Source: a virus | Virus record (IMG/VR): IMGVR_UViG_3300043548_000722 | Span: 43,651 to 107,650 of that record | Length of the DNA: 64,000 nucleotides | Reading direction: 5' to 3' (one strand) | Part shown: piece after piece, positions 35,995 through 46,546 of the stretch | Position numbering within the stretch: position 1 is the first letter of the stretch | Layout of the letters: every line of letters begins with the position of its first letter | Program-made: the position numbers and the translations under genes | The notes under the pieces: model-generated | Seen by the model: only the letters and a program-made list of their open reading frames with translations | Databases searched by the model: none | Told to the model about the DNA's origin: nothing

Positions 35995-38900
35995 TTAACC
36001 CCTCTTTCCGATTCCCGAGACGTGGTTTCTTCCGGTAGCAGAACTGCCGCCAATAGTATCACGATAGTCTAGCACACGCTTGGCGCGCTCATAGCGCGGG
36101 TCTAGCCGATCTCCCTCGGTGCCCTCTAACGTGAAGGGATTGGCGGTTGATGTCATCCGATGGCGAAGTCCGACACCCTTGATGTCTAAGAATTCGAGCT
36201 GACTTCCATACTTTTCGCTTCCAAAGTTAACCGCATTTGAATGAAATCCTCCCTGGTATTTTGCTTCAGGGCCCAATGTAGCGCCAGAGTTCTGCACCCT
36301 GCGAACCACTCTGCCTTGCGAGTCCAGCTGAACTTGTTTATCGCCCAAGACTTGCGGTAGATTCGCAATCGGGCGGCGAGTGACTCCGTCGATGTACAAC
36401 AGGGGGTCTGCTCCCGCCTCAGATCGAGTATCGGTGGCTTCCGAGTACTGCTTTGCTATCCAGTCTACAGCTTGTTCTATAGATCTAACTGCGTATCCAT
36501 CAAGACTCTCGGACTCTGGCACAAGGTCGGTAATCGACATTGACTCAAAAAACGGCTTGTAGATCTTAGATGTAAGGCGAGAAACACCAGACTCATCAAG
36601 AGCAGCGGAGTAGTCCTTAGAGATCCACTGTGGGCGGATTGCCTCTTCTACGGGAAGCTTGCCCTCTAATGATTCCTCATTCACGACCTCTGCTACGAGC
36701 GTGTCTTTAGGAATTGGTATGAGAACTTCGAAGTAGTTGCCAGACGCATCGGCATATGCCGTCTGGGGATACCCCGCGTCAAACAAAAGGCCCAAGAGTT
36801 CTCCTACGATTACCGAAGCAGATTCGGTAGGGATTATGCCCACCTCCTGAACTGCATCTCCGGTTTTAAGGAAGTAAACAACTACAGCAGTCCCGTAGTC
36901 TCCAGTCCACAGTCCGCTATTGATTACTCCTCCAAGAACCGGAACGGGGGAAATTGAGATTCGGGGCTCTGATATGTCCTCGAACGTATCAAACGTGTCT
37001 GACGGAGACACGATCGTCGCATCAGTGGCTACCGGCAGTGAACTTAGAAACTCTCCAATATCGTAGATACCGGCAGTTCCTTCAAACAGCTTCCAAAATG
37101 CTAGATCAGCGCCCTTTAGCTCCGCGGACATGGCCCGGACAATGCTGCTCTTGAGACTCCAAGTCTGAGTTGTTGAGACCTTTCTGCCTCCGGTCTGAAT
37201 CGTCATAGTTGCATCGTTCTGGATTAACTCAAAAAACTGATCTTCAGCTTGAGATCCGGTCCTATGCGTTCGTACGTGGGTGAGCACAACACTCGTGATC
37301 GCTCCTCCTTGAGTTATTGAGTGCGTGACTGAATTGACCATCCCAAGGGTAAACGCCCTATTACTAAGATCTGTAGAGCCAGTCTCGTCAACTGTGATGG
37401 ATGCATCTACGATTACCGCGGGAAACCCCGCTACAATAAAAGGACTGAACGCAAGGCTAGCCGACCCAGTCTTCGCTTCGTATCTCTCAGACAAGAGCCG
37501 AAAGTGTGCCACTTTTCGAGCATAGGTCTCGTACGAAGGCATCAATACATCTTCTGGAGATGACCCGTCTTGATACAAATTCTTATAGAATAGTACGTTA
37601 TCCATAGCATGAAACTTAGGAATAATTCCACTATATTTCTCATGATCGTAGACCAGAATGGAATTTGGAGAGCCACCTTCCGATGACGATTGAATCGAGT
37701 CTTGAAGATTGTCGCCGGATACAAATTGCGGAGCATAAAACACTGACTTAACTGCCGCAGATAAAGTCTGCTCAAGGCCAAGGTCTAACTGAAGCCGCGT
37801 CGTTTCTCTGAGCATGTCTCTTTGAGTAAGGAAGCTTTGTAATTGATCTGGGTAGATCACATTACACGCAGGAGGGGGAACGAACCACACATCCGGCCTA
37901 AAGATGAATGTTTTAAGACTTTCTCGTGGGGAAGATGACACCGGAGTAGAGGGTGTCGCTGGGGCCACTGAATCGCCCTCGGGGGTGACACTGCCAAGGG
38001 AGACCGCACCAGACTGTCTCCAGTTGCGAAGCTCGAAGTGGACCGGGTCAGCTCCTATGTTCCCCAAGATAAAAAGAGGATCCTGCCGCGAAGTTTCTGA
38101 CGTAACTGCTAAAGAGCGAATCTCTGGGGTCCTTGCCGCAATGATCTGAACGATCCGTCCCCAAACTACAAAGTCTTTAAATGTAAGAATGTCCTCTTTA
38201 AAGTCCTCTTGACTGCGATAGATTGATTCAAAATCAGAGGCATCTGGTCCTCGCGCCTCCAGGTCCGCCACCGTAGAAAGGCGGATTCCGCTCTCTGCCA
38301 GGGATGCAATAATTCTTCTAAGACGCAGATACCATGTCTCCCCCGATGCCACGTCTTTAATTGGTTCTCCGGGCCCATTCGTGCGGTACGGCATCGCCAC
38401 GCCAATTCGCGCACTACGGCCGGTCTCATAGATCATTTGAATATCGAGGGCTACCCGATTTACGTGGGCACTGCGCAGCTCATACGAAGTAATTTGCGCC
38501 TCTGTCGGATCTGCTCCCTCCCTGGAGCGCAGAATAGCAACTACTTCGGCTCGCTCCCGTAGTGCGTCAGTAACAACCACCTTGGCGCTGGTGTTGCCCG
38601 AGGGAAGAGTGGCCTTGGCCACCGCAGCGCGTACCTCTTCAAGAAACTTAACTGCGATGTCCCGAAAGTCTGCCCGAAGCTCGTCTATCTGAGTGTCTCC
38701 GGTTGTTCCGACCGTGTCGATAGAATCGTCTGTCTCAACCTCGTATTTTGGAATGTCTCGATTTGGGGCATCCGGAACAACCTCTGATTTTCCGGCTACG
38801 TACGTTGGTGTTAAGTTGGTTACTACGTCGTAAAAGACATAATCAAGGATCACTCGGAGAGTTTCTCGAAACGACATCACATCTCCGGCTGGGGCAATTC

Positions 38901-39636
38901 GATCCCTAAGCCAGTCTGAAAACTGAGATGTGTTGTATACGGACTTCGCAGTTTCTCCGGTGTCGGTAATGATTGACTCCAGGACTCTAGTCCGACGCTC
39001 TTGGATGGTAGTCCAGGGGCTCGTTCCGTAAAACTTTCCTTGTGCCCCACTCAGAGTCTCAAGAATGTTGAGCAGTCCGCCAAGAGAGGAGTTCCTTGCT
39101 GACTGGAGAGCAGGAGACTCTGGGTTGCCTCGCGACAAATTACCAATAATATCGGAGGGCGAGTTTATAATGGAGTCGAAAGCAATTTGACTGGTTGTTA
39201 AAAACACAGAGTTGTTGTTTAGAATTGCGCTATTTCCGCCAATCTGTGCGTTGGCATCTGCGTTGTAGTTTAGGCTGTACGAGAAACTCGTATCCCACAC
39301 CACAGAGAAGTCTCGACACATCAAGGAGCCGGATCTGCTCCCCATTCCAGAGTTCGAGAATGTGATGCTATGCACTTCTCCACAGAAGAGGAGCTTGTAG
39401 TGCTCATCGGCGGGCTCATTTAGTCCAGACTCCAGAAACTCCATAGAATCAAGAAAAAAGAGATGTACCGTTGTTCGAGGCAGCAGGAGCTTAAGCTTGT
39501 CCGTGGGCACGACCTCTATGTTCGCAGAGGCAGGCTGCCCCACGGTAGACGTAACTGATGCCGAAATGACGGGGATTTCAATACCCTCCAAGAACAGCTT
39601 GAGATCAAGATAGAATCCAGGCGTTTTGCTTGTCAT
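35995..39636 (-). CDS. Baseplate hub-like protein with inserted M15-type peptidoglycan peptidase, 1213 aa
   Basis: Hub-like N-terminus LKLFLEGIEIPVISASV...LFCGEV; internal TDALR...SAHVNRVALD...DPVHFE. Confidence 0.7.
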   Translation of the reverse strand: MTSKTPGFYLDLKLFLEGIEIPVISASVTSTVGQPASANIEVVPTDKLKLLLPRTTVHLFFLDSMEFLESGLNEPADEHYKLLFCGEVHSITFSNSGMGSRSGSLMCRDFSVVWDTSFSYSLNYNADANAQIGGNSAILNNNSVFLTTSQIAFDSIINSPSDIIGNLSRGNPESPALQSARNSSLGGLLNILETLSGAQGKFYGTSPWTTIQERRTRVLESIITDTGETAKSVYNTSQFSDWLRDRIAPAGDVMSFRETLRVILDYVFYDVVTNLTPTYVAGKSEVVPDAPNRDIPKYEVETDDSIDTVGTTGDTQIDELRADFRDIAVKFLEEVRAAVAKATLPSGNTSAKVVVTDALRERAEVVAILRSREGADPTEAQITSYELRSAHVNRVALDIQMIYETGRSARIGVAMPYRTNGPGEPIKDVASGETWYLRLRRIIASLAESGIRLSTVADLEARGPDASDFESIYRSQEDFKEDILTFKDFVVWGRIVQIIAARTPEIRSLAVTSETSRQDPLFILGNIGADPVHFELRNWRQSGAVSLGSVTPEGDSVAPATPSTPVSSSPRESLKTFIFRPDVWFVPPPACNVIYPDQLQSFLTQRDMLRETTRLQLDLGLEQTLSAAVKSVFYAPQFVSGDNLQDSIQSSSEGGSPNSILVYDHEKYSGIIPKFHAMDNVLFYKNLYQDGSSPEDVLMPSYETYARKVAHFRLLSERYEAKTGSASLAFSPFIVAGFPAVIVDASITVDETGSTDLSNRAFTLGMVNSVTHSITQGGAITSVVLTHVRTHRTGSQAEDQFFELIQNDATMTIQTGGRKVSTTQTWSLKSSIVRAMSAELKGADLAFWKLFEGTAGIYDIGEFLSSLPVATDATIVSPSDTFDTFEDISEPRISISPVPVLGGVINSGLWTGDYGTAVVVYFLKTGDAVQEVGIIPTESASVIVGELLGLLFDAGYPQTAYADASGNYFEVLIPIPKDTLVAEVVNEESLEGKLPVEEAIRPQWISKDYSAALDESGVSRLTSKIYKPFFESMSITDLVPESESLDGYAVRSIEQAVDWIAKQYSEATDTRSEAGADPLLYIDGVTRRPIANLPQVLGDKQVQLDSQGRVVRRVQNSGATLGPEAKYQGGFHSNAVNFGSEKYGSQLEFLDIKGVGLRHRMTSTANPFTLEGTEGDRLDPRYERAKRVLDYRDTIGGSSATGRNHVSGIGKRG

Positions 39637-41270
39637 AGGATCACCGACAGGATCGACCCAAAACTTCCAGGGGATATTGTCCCAGTATCTCCCCGCAGCC
39701 TCGCGGCTCTTCGTGATGCCTCTAGCCTTCGTTGTTCTGTAGAGAGTGTCTCACGGGAGATGTCGGCCTGTAGCGAAAGCTGAGTTTGACGTTCAAGATT
39801 TCCCGTATTTGGATTCGTAATATTATTTTGCAGCTCTCGCCTACGATTAACGATGCTATTGCCGATAGCAAAGATGACCGCTCCAAAAGCTGCCCTTGAT
39901 AAAATACGAAGTACGTTTGCAATTTTCTCGTTCCTGGCCTGAGCCGCGATGGCTGTCCGGCCTGCGCTCTCAAGCTCAGCACGAGAGCTCAGGCCCGGCA
40001 CCGCAGACAAGGCTGGGATGTCGATGCCGAACGCAGCAAACGCCGCAACGCTCTGAGACTGGTAGAAGACAGCCTCCCCCTTGACTTTTGCGTTACGCGC
40101 TTTCTCACTTTCCTGTAGGTACTGGATTTGAGTCTCCGCCCCTTCTCCGGGGTAGCTTAGGTACTCATCTGTGTTCTGGTAGTAGAGGGGAGGAGTTTTA
40201 ACGCGCTTTCTGTAGTTCTCCTCGAGAGACAGATCCCCGGCTACGTTTGTGCGTAAGTCCACCGTCCGCACTGGGGATGACCCCGGATTATTACTAAAGA
40301 TCAGTGTGGGAACGCCAAATAGGTTAGATACCGCCAAGTTGTTTAGGTCTTCCTGGGCGGATCCAGCGGCAAAAATCGATCCTCGTAGTCTCGGGGATGT
40401 GTAGCTAACTGGAACGACCAGGTTTCGGCCGTACAATAGGTTCCGAGCCGACCTAACGAAGTTGTCCAGCGCCGCGTCAATCGAATTCAGTGCGCCAAAG
40501 AATTTTCCAACCGCAGTGGGCTCAGCAAAGGGAGACAGCTTAATATTTGCACGACGAACCGCGGCGGTGGTGCTTTCGTAAGGGGAGTTTCCTGCCAAGT
40601 TGGTCACATCGACTGGAGATGGACCTGTGTTCAGTAAGGCAGGGGATGTTGCATCGACGTGTGGTCTGACCACATCCTCGACGAACATAGAGAAACTTAT
40701 TTGGGTCATATACGGATCTTGTGCGGACACAGATGACGTACAGTTAAGAAGATACCCGTAGATGACAAGCGTGCTCCGTCCGTCGGCCACACGCAGCTTG
40801 GCCCTTGTGTTGGAGCTCGCCAGCGTAGTTCCACGAAGACGTTCCTCGTAATTAAGCCACCATTCTCTGTGCCATTCAAAATCCGCAGTGTTAGGAACCA
40901 CTGCGGTTACGGACACTTGACGCGGCTGCTCGCCAAAGAAGAATGCGTAAGTAGCGCCGAAAGTAGAGATGAATTGATGCTTTTCTGACCTGGACTCTGT
41001 AAATGACTGAATAATAAAGTTGGTCGTGTATGTTACAGGAAGTCCGACAACTGCACTTGAGTTTCGTAATCTAAGATTTGTGGGGGCATCCCCTCCGGGC
41101 GTCACGATTTCAATTGATGCGTGCGAGTCTTTTGGGATCACAATTCCGCGCATCGGCCTTCGGACGAACGTAGTGGGGCTGTTCTCATTCTCGAGACTGG
41201 ATGCCGCGGCGGGGAGTCGGAACCCACGTACCCGCTCTGTTTCGATGAATTGAAGGATAGCAGAGCTCAT
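39633..41270 (-). CDS. Tail tube-initiator/hub-associated-like protein, 545 aa
   Basis: NFIIQSFTESRSEK...TFG...FFFGEQPR; between tape-measure-like and hub genes; function inferred from position. Confidence 0.5.
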   Translation of the reverse strand: MSSAILQFIETERVRGFRLPAAASSLENENSPTTFVRRPMRGIVIPKDSHASIEIVTPGGDAPTNLRLRNSSAVVGLPVTYTTNFIIQSFTESRSEKHQFISTFGATYAFFFGEQPRQVSVTAVVPNTADFEWHREWWLNYEERLRGTTLASSNTRAKLRVADGRSTLVIYGYLLNCTSSVSAQDPYMTQISFSMFVEDVVRPHVDATSPALLNTGPSPVDVTNLAGNSPYESTTAAVRRANIKLSPFAEPTAVGKFFGALNSIDAALDNFVRSARNLLYGRNLVVPVSYTSPRLRGSIFAAGSAQEDLNNLAVSNLFGVPTLIFSNNPGSSPVRTVDLRTNVAGDLSLEENYRKRVKTPPLYYQNTDEYLSYPGEGAETQIQYLQESEKARNAKVKGEAVFYQSQSVAAFAAFGIDIPALSAVPGLSSRAELESAGRTAIAAQARNEKIANVLRILSRAAFGAVIFAIGNSIVNRRRELQNNITNPNTGNLERQTQLSLQADISRETLSTEQRRLEASRRAARLRGDTGTISPGSFGSILSVIL

Positions 41271-41512
41271 TTACGCACCACAGGCACTCGAGTGGTCACT
41301 ATAGAAGTCACGATGTCGCGCGACAAAACTGATCCGTGCTTGGACCCTGTCCTCAACTCATCGATGACCTGTAAGTATCCCTGCCTTACAAGATCTTCGA
41401 TGATAGGAAACTCAACAATTTCTACTCGTCGTCTGACATCAGATTCCGAGGTAGTGACGATAGAGGTGACCTTTCGTCGATCCGAGATAGTGTCAAGAAT
41501 CTGAGTAGGCAT
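41267..41512 (-). CDS. Hypothetical protein
   Basis: Overlapping ORF tiling the operon. Confidence 0.5.
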   Translation of the reverse strand: MPTQILDTISDRRKVTSIVTTSESDVRRRVEIVEFPIIEDLVRQGYLQVIDELRTGSKHGSVLSRDIVTSIVTTRVPVVRK

Positions 41513-44500
41513 CAATCCTCCGGATCAAAAAGTGCAGTCAGGATACGGTTGTTGGATACAGCCCTCTCAACCTTATCTACCATTTCTGCTGTTTTAGTAA
41601 CGGTTTCGGCCATTGTAATCACAGACTCTGAAAAAATATCCTCCGTAGTCTTACCTCTGCGGAGTACCGCACGCGCTCCCTCTGCCGTTCCATACGCCGA
41701 CGACTCCGCGGCACTGAGAGTTCGTACTATCTCTTCGGCAACATCCCCTCTAAAGGCTCCGCCCTGTAGTCCGCGCGTGCGCACAAGTTCGTCGATAGAG
41801 GCGCCGTCTAGTCCCGCTTTCCTTAATTCATCTGGGGTCAGACCTCCGGCAGATAGTGCGCGCAAGTTCTGATATACGCCGACTCCACGTTCGATAAGTT
41901 GCTGCTCTGTAGTCGTGTCTGCCTGAAAGTTTCCCGCAGATGCGGCAGCGATGACTGCCCCCAAGTTCTCCAGCTTATTTCCCTGGGTGCCCTGTTTAAA
42001 TATTTGCTGAGCTTGCTCGCCCTCAAAGCTGTCCACGGATACCGAGCGGATAAGCCGATCTACTGTATTTTCCAGCTCGCTGCCGGCCATGGCACGCTGA
42101 CTTGTAACGGCTCCAGCGGCAATTTTTGAGATCTTTCCTTTCTCATCCTTAGTGAGGCCCCTGGCTCTTTCACTAGCACTCTTGTTTCCGAGTTGTTTCG
42201 ATAAGACGGAATTAAAAGTTCCGAGTTGCTCGGACGTAATATTGATCCCATACCGACGCCTAATCCGCTCTGCCGCCTTCTCGTAACCCTTCTCAGTAGA
42301 GGGAGATGTTTGGATACTGTCCGAAATAATAGAATCAATGTCTACCTGGTTTTTATCGTAAATAGCTGCCAGGTCCATGAGCGGGCCACCAGACTTAAAC
42401 TCGTCAAGGAATACTCCTAGATCAGTCTTAGTAGCAGCGTTCAACGTCATTGCGCCTATTCCGCTGACTGCTCCTGCTCCAAGCTTGAGTAGGGGGTTTG
42501 CTACGGGAAACGCAAGTGCACTCGCAGCAGCCGCCTGGATAGGATTCACGTCCGTTCCGGCAAAGCCTGAAAATGCTTGAGTTGCTGACTCTTGCGCGCG
42601 CTCGATCTCCGCAAACCTAAGATTCGTCCCCACAAGTCCGTCTTCTGCCACAACCTCCGCCAAAAGACGCAGATTATCCGGAGACCCGTGCCCAATGTAC
42701 GCGTCAACTTCCCTGTCGGAGTGTGGCTTGTTCGCGTACATAAGACGTCTACGAACCCTCTCTCGCAAATCCTGCACCGCTTTTCGGCGCTTATCAGGAT
42801 CCGCAATCTCTCGAATTGAAAGAATTTCTTTGTTAAGTGCTTCCCTCTCTCGTGCGTCGATAACACCTCCTGCCCCAAGAAGGCTTCCTCCATAGTTTGG
42901 TGCGAGAGCTGCTCCAAATTGAGCCGTGTTCTCTGTGTTTAGCGTCATTTGGGCAAGACTAGATAGGCCCACTGTGTCCTGGACAACTTGCGAGAAGTAG
43001 TCTCCTCCCCGCAGCGTCTCCATTGCGGCTGTACGCGCCTGCTGAGACAACCCTCCCGTAGTAACGCCAAAAGAAGGCCCTCCTCCAAAGACTAGCCTTT
43101 CTATGCCTTCTGCCTCTGCGGTAAACCTGCGAGAGAACCTACTAAATGGCTGCGCAAGATCGGTCTGCACATCTTCTAAAGTACCTGTCGCCGACTGGTA
43201 CAATCCTCCTAGCGTCATTTCCCTATTAGCCGCTGCATTTTCGTTAGTAATCCGCTCCTGCTCAATACGCTGAGTTCTTGCGTCATTTACCATCTTTCTA
43301 CTGTCGCGCATCTTTTGAAGAGCGCGAAGTGTACGACGGTCCATTTCAAATTGGGTCTGAGCGATAAGTGCAATCTGGTCCTCACTGGTCTTTCCAGATT
43401 CCTTGGCAATCTCATCTATGAGTGCCAATACTGCATCAGATCCCTCGCCGGTTTCTAGCAGTGCTTGTTTAATGTCCTGCTGGCGTGTGACAAAAGACTC
43501 TTTACCAGACATGGTGGACGTCTTTTGCTGTCCCAGAGTTTTTAGGTCTTGGAGACTAAGGTCACCAGTTTGTAGTCTCTTTAGTAGATTGAGGTCGATG
43601 CCTCCCTTGAATCTGCCTTCTTGATTGGTTGTGCCGAGCGCACTGAGTAATAGAGTGCCGGCTCCGCCGGACAGACCCTGTAGCGTAGACCCCAGTACTT
43701 GCTGCGACATCGCTGCAATCGCGTCTGCCGGCGTCTGAGCCCCTGTGATGTCCATCATCTCCGTTCCGGACAATCCGATGCCCGAGGTCATCCCCAGCGA
43801 CAAGAGCTCAGCGACAGAACGAACCGACGTTCCGCCGGCTTTTCCGCTCATACCCTGACCTCTCGTCATACCGGCTCCTCCCATAAGCAGCTGGGAGAAT
43901 GCCTGCGAACTCATCCCCATCCCCCGCATAAAGGTCATACTCGCGGTATTTCCCATTACATCCGCGGACGTATAAAACCCAGCCCCCCGCATCTGTTCGA
44001 AAAACCTACTACTCTCCTCCATGCTCGTGCCTAAAGCACGCGCCATCTTGTGCAGAGTCTTACCGAGTTCCGTAACTCTTTTTGCTAGTTTTTCGGCATC
44101 CTGCACTCCCTGGTGCATGCCCATTTCCGTAAACCGCTCGGTCGCGCGAAGCGCATCTGTCATTGACACAAAGGGATTATTTTCTCCGATTGCAGTAATT
44201 CCACGCTGAATAGTATTGAGCTGGGATTGACTAAATCCTCTACCTGTCTGAGGGTTGCCTCCGAAGGGATTGTAGAACTGCATATTTCCGAACATTTGAT
44301 TTACGGCGCCAGCCTGCTGAAGTCCTACGCCGGCAAAATGTGCTCCTGCACCGGCGGCCATCAAGCCCACTCCAACTGGCCCTCCGAGCATCCCCATCAT
44401 AAGCCCAGAACCGGAGCCAAATGCTGCACCACCTACGCCCGCAATAGACAAGGGAATAGAAGCCATTCCCAGCAGGGACGTGGCTTGAGAACTAATATTT

Positions 44501-44664
44501 AGCCCCGATTGCAGCATTTGCGGAGCGTATACGCGCGCGCCAGTCTGCTGGGAGGGTCCCATCGCATAGCTAAACGACGGAGGAAAGTGAGCACCTCCCA
44601 CGTTCGGAACCATTGTAGGAGACGCTACTCCTGACATTCCAGGGGCTGTGCCGTAGGGGATCAC
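41512..44664 (-). CDS. Tape-measure-like protein, 1050 aa
   Basis: Gly/Met/Ala-rich hydrophobic N-terminus, long helical body, upstream of hub/baseplate genes. Confidence 0.65.
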   Translation of the reverse strand: MIPYGTAPGMSGVASPTMVPNVGGAHFPPSFSYAMGPSQQTGARVYAPQMLQSGLNISSQATSLLGMASIPLSIAGVGGAAFGSGSGLMMGMLGGPVGVGLMAAGAGAHFAGVGLQQAGAVNQMFGNMQFYNPFGGNPQTGRGFSQSQLNTIQRGITAIGENNPFVSMTDALRATERFTEMGMHQGVQDAEKLAKRVTELGKTLHKMARALGTSMEESSRFFEQMRGAGFYTSADVMGNTASMTFMRGMGMSSQAFSQLLMGGAGMTRGQGMSGKAGGTSVRSVAELLSLGMTSGIGLSGTEMMDITGAQTPADAIAAMSQQVLGSTLQGLSGGAGTLLLSALGTTNQEGRFKGGIDLNLLKRLQTGDLSLQDLKTLGQQKTSTMSGKESFVTRQQDIKQALLETGEGSDAVLALIDEIAKESGKTSEDQIALIAQTQFEMDRRTLRALQKMRDSRKMVNDARTQRIEQERITNENAAANREMTLGGLYQSATGTLEDVQTDLAQPFSRFSRRFTAEAEGIERLVFGGGPSFGVTTGGLSQQARTAAMETLRGGDYFSQVVQDTVGLSSLAQMTLNTENTAQFGAALAPNYGGSLLGAGGVIDAREREALNKEILSIREIADPDKRRKAVQDLRERVRRRLMYANKPHSDREVDAYIGHGSPDNLRLLAEVVAEDGLVGTNLRFAEIERAQESATQAFSGFAGTDVNPIQAAAASALAFPVANPLLKLGAGAVSGIGAMTLNAATKTDLGVFLDEFKSGGPLMDLAAIYDKNQVDIDSIISDSIQTSPSTEKGYEKAAERIRRRYGINITSEQLGTFNSVLSKQLGNKSASERARGLTKDEKGKISKIAAGAVTSQRAMAGSELENTVDRLIRSVSVDSFEGEQAQQIFKQGTQGNKLENLGAVIAAASAGNFQADTTTEQQLIERGVGVYQNLRALSAGGLTPDELRKAGLDGASIDELVRTRGLQGGAFRGDVAEEIVRTLSAAESSAYGTAEGARAVLRRGKTTEDIFSESVITMAETVTKTAEMVDKVERAVSNNRILTALFDPED

Positions 44665-44684
44665 GTTAAACTCCGAAGTTTTGA

Positions 44685-44693
44685 GTCATAATA
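44685..44693 (+). promoter_or_regulatory. Putative promoter -10-like motif GTCATAATA
   Basis: One of six G-N-Y-ATAA-N-A copies upstream of + strand units. Confidence 0.5.
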
Positions 44694-44710
44694 TAGTTAG
44701 GAGGTGAGTA

Positions 44711-45022
44711 ATGGTATGGATATGGGTTGCGACAATGGTCGTGGCCGTCTTGAGTAAAATCAAGGCGGTGCTTGATCAAGAGGCGGCGATGGAGGCCGCC
44801 ATCAGTGAGGAGTTCTTGGAGAGACTCCGCTGGAACTCCCGGATCCGGGCGGCGATGCGCGCCGAGGTCGAGGAGACCGAGGTCCAGTGGGTGACTTTGA
44901 GCGTCCCGTCTGTGGGCACGTTCAAGATTACCGCCGATGAGGCGGTGGTCCTCCAGAGGGAGGGGCTGGATACGGACAAGGCCCACCGAATCCTCCGGAC
45001 GGCGCTTGAGCGTGGAGTATAG
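44711..45022 (+). CDS. Hypothetical protein, 103 aa
   Basis: AGGAGGTG RBS, upstream motif, downstream hairpin. Confidence 0.75.
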   Translation: MVWIWVATMVVAVLSKIKAVLDQEAAMEAAISEEFLERLRWNSRIRAAMRAEVEETEVQWVTLSVPSVGTFKITADEAVVLQREGLDTDKAHRILRTALERGV

Positions 45023-45024
45023 AC

Positions 45025-45050
45025 AGGCGGGGCCCTCCGGGGCCCCGCCT
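45025..45050. terminator. Hairpin between convergent genes
   Basis: 11-bp stem AGGCGGGGCCC/GGGCCCCGCCT, loop TCCG. Confidence 0.65.
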
Positions 45051-45062
45051 TGTCATCGATCT

Positions 45063-45254
45063 TCATGTTAGCTGGCACGGTCCCTTCTCAGGCTCGTCGA
45101 CCACGAACTTGCCGGTTTCGCGCGCAACGAGGAAGGACTTGATGATAGATTTTTCGAAACGAGCAAGAGGCTCCGCTCCCTGGCTGCGGAACCAATGATC
45201 AAACGCTTCGATTTCTCGATCGAGGCGGGATAAAAGTTCTTTCTTTTCTGCCAT
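45063..45254 (-). CDS. Small hypothetical protein, 63 aa (MAEKKELL...)
   Basis: GGAG RBS before ATG 45254; protein-like sequence filling the gap. Confidence 0.55.
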   Translation of the reverse strand: MAEKKELLSRLDREIEAFDHWFRSQGAEPLARFEKSIIKSFLVARETGKFVVDEPEKGPCQLT

Positions 45255-45258
45255 AAGA
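45250..45258 (+). promoter_or_regulatory. Putative promoter motif GCCATAAGA upstream of ligase
   Basis: Matches shared motif. Confidence 0.4.
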
Positions 45259-45272
45259 TCTCCGGAGGTCGT

Positions 45273-46541
45273 ATGGAGTATATCACCCTGTACAATCGGG
45301 CGCGTTCCGGCGCCATTCGTATCTGGCAGGTTGCCCTGGAACAGGGCAAGGTCACCACGCAATTCGGGCAGAAGGACGGAGTCCTGCAAACCGTGGTCGA
45401 TTACGGCTATGAGAAGAATGTTGGCAAGGCCAACTTCATCTCAGCAGAGCGAGATGCGGAGAACCTCGTGGATCGACTGATCCGCGAGAAGAAGCGCGAA
45501 GGCTACCGCGAAGAGTTGGAAGAGGTCACCTTTGATCCCTTTGACCCTCCGGAGATGCTGAGCTTCTACAAGCCGCAGAACGCGCTCAACTCCACGATGG
45601 AGGCGATGATCGAGCGGAACGAGGCGTGGGCGGTGCGGAAATATGATGGCGAGATGATGGTGTTGATTCACCGCCCGGATGGCGAGGTCCGTATCCTGTC
45701 CCGCAAGATGCACCCGACACACCATCACGAGAACATCCCTTGGTCGGAGAGGTTTTCGCACATCGCGAACTCTCTGAAGAGGGACACGCCTCGCGGTACG
45801 GTTCTCCTGGGCGAGATGGTTGGCCCCGGGTGGAGCGATGATCGTTGGTTGGTGGCCCAGGTACTCAAGTCTCGAACGGCCCGCGCGATCGAGCTCCAGC
45901 GGGCGCACGGGCCGATGCGTTTCCGGGCCTGGGATGTGGCCTGGTGGGGAATGGAACAGCTTATCGGGAAGATTGAGTACCGACACAGGTACGACAACAT
46001 CGACGAGCTTACAGATGGCGACTACCTGCTGCCCGCAGAGGTGCTGGTGGAGGATGACTACACTGGCGTGGATGACCTGCGGCGCATCGCCGCAGAGAAC
46101 CGATGGGAGGGGTTCGTGATTGTGAATCCCTGCGATACCTACGGCGATCGCGGCTTCAACCTGCGGGGCAAGCCGGATCGTCCCTCGGGATGCTGCAAGC
46201 TCAAGCCATTCTTTGAAGATGATTTTGTTGCGATCTGGGACCCTGCGAAGAAGCAGGGCAAGTACGGTCGGGGCAAGTACACGGGCCAGTTCGGCGCGTG
46301 CTCCCTGTACCAGATCGACTCGAAAGGGAAGATGCGGTACATCTGCGAGTGTGGCAACGGCTTCACCGCCGAGTTCATCCGTGAAAACTCGGCGGCTCCG
46401 TGGCAGAAGGTCATTCAGGTCCGGTACGAGTCACGGACCTATGAGTCGGAAGATGACGAAACGAACGCGCTACAGTTTCCCCGCTTCATGATGGAGCGGA
46501 CGGACAAGAGCGCGGATGAGTGTGTGAATCCCCGGCTCTGA
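45273..46541 (+). CDS. ATP-dependent DNA ligase with WGR-like N-terminal domain
   Basis: Motif I RKYDG, LLGEM, motif IV WEGFVI, motif V KLKP, OB domain CGNGFT...LQFPRF...RTDK. Confidence 0.92.
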   Translation: MEYITLYNRARSGAIRIWQVALEQGKVTTQFGQKDGVLQTVVDYGYEKNVGKANFISAERDAENLVDRLIREKKREGYREELEEVTFDPFDPPEMLSFYKPQNALNSTMEAMIERNEAWAVRKYDGEMMVLIHRPDGEVRILSRKMHPTHHHENIPWSERFSHIANSLKRDTPRGTVLLGEMVGPGWSDDRWLVAQVLKSRTARAIELQRAHGPMRFRAWDVAWWGMEQLIGKIEYRHRYDNIDELTDGDYLLPAEVLVEDDYTGVDDLRRIAAENRWEGFVIVNPCDTYGDRGFNLRGKPDRPSGCCKLKPFFEDDFVAIWDPAKKQGKYGRGKYTGQFGACSLYQIDSKGKMRYICECGNGFTAEFIRENSAAPWQKVIQVRYESRTYESEDDETNALQFPRFMMERTDKSADECVNPRL

Positions 46542-46546
46542 AAAGT

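Noticed and set aside
7950-44664. Extracellular contractile injection system or tailocin in a bacterial chromosome
   Set aside because: Flanked by phage-type replication genes, ligase, GroES and tRNAs with no host genes; a phage genome is simpler
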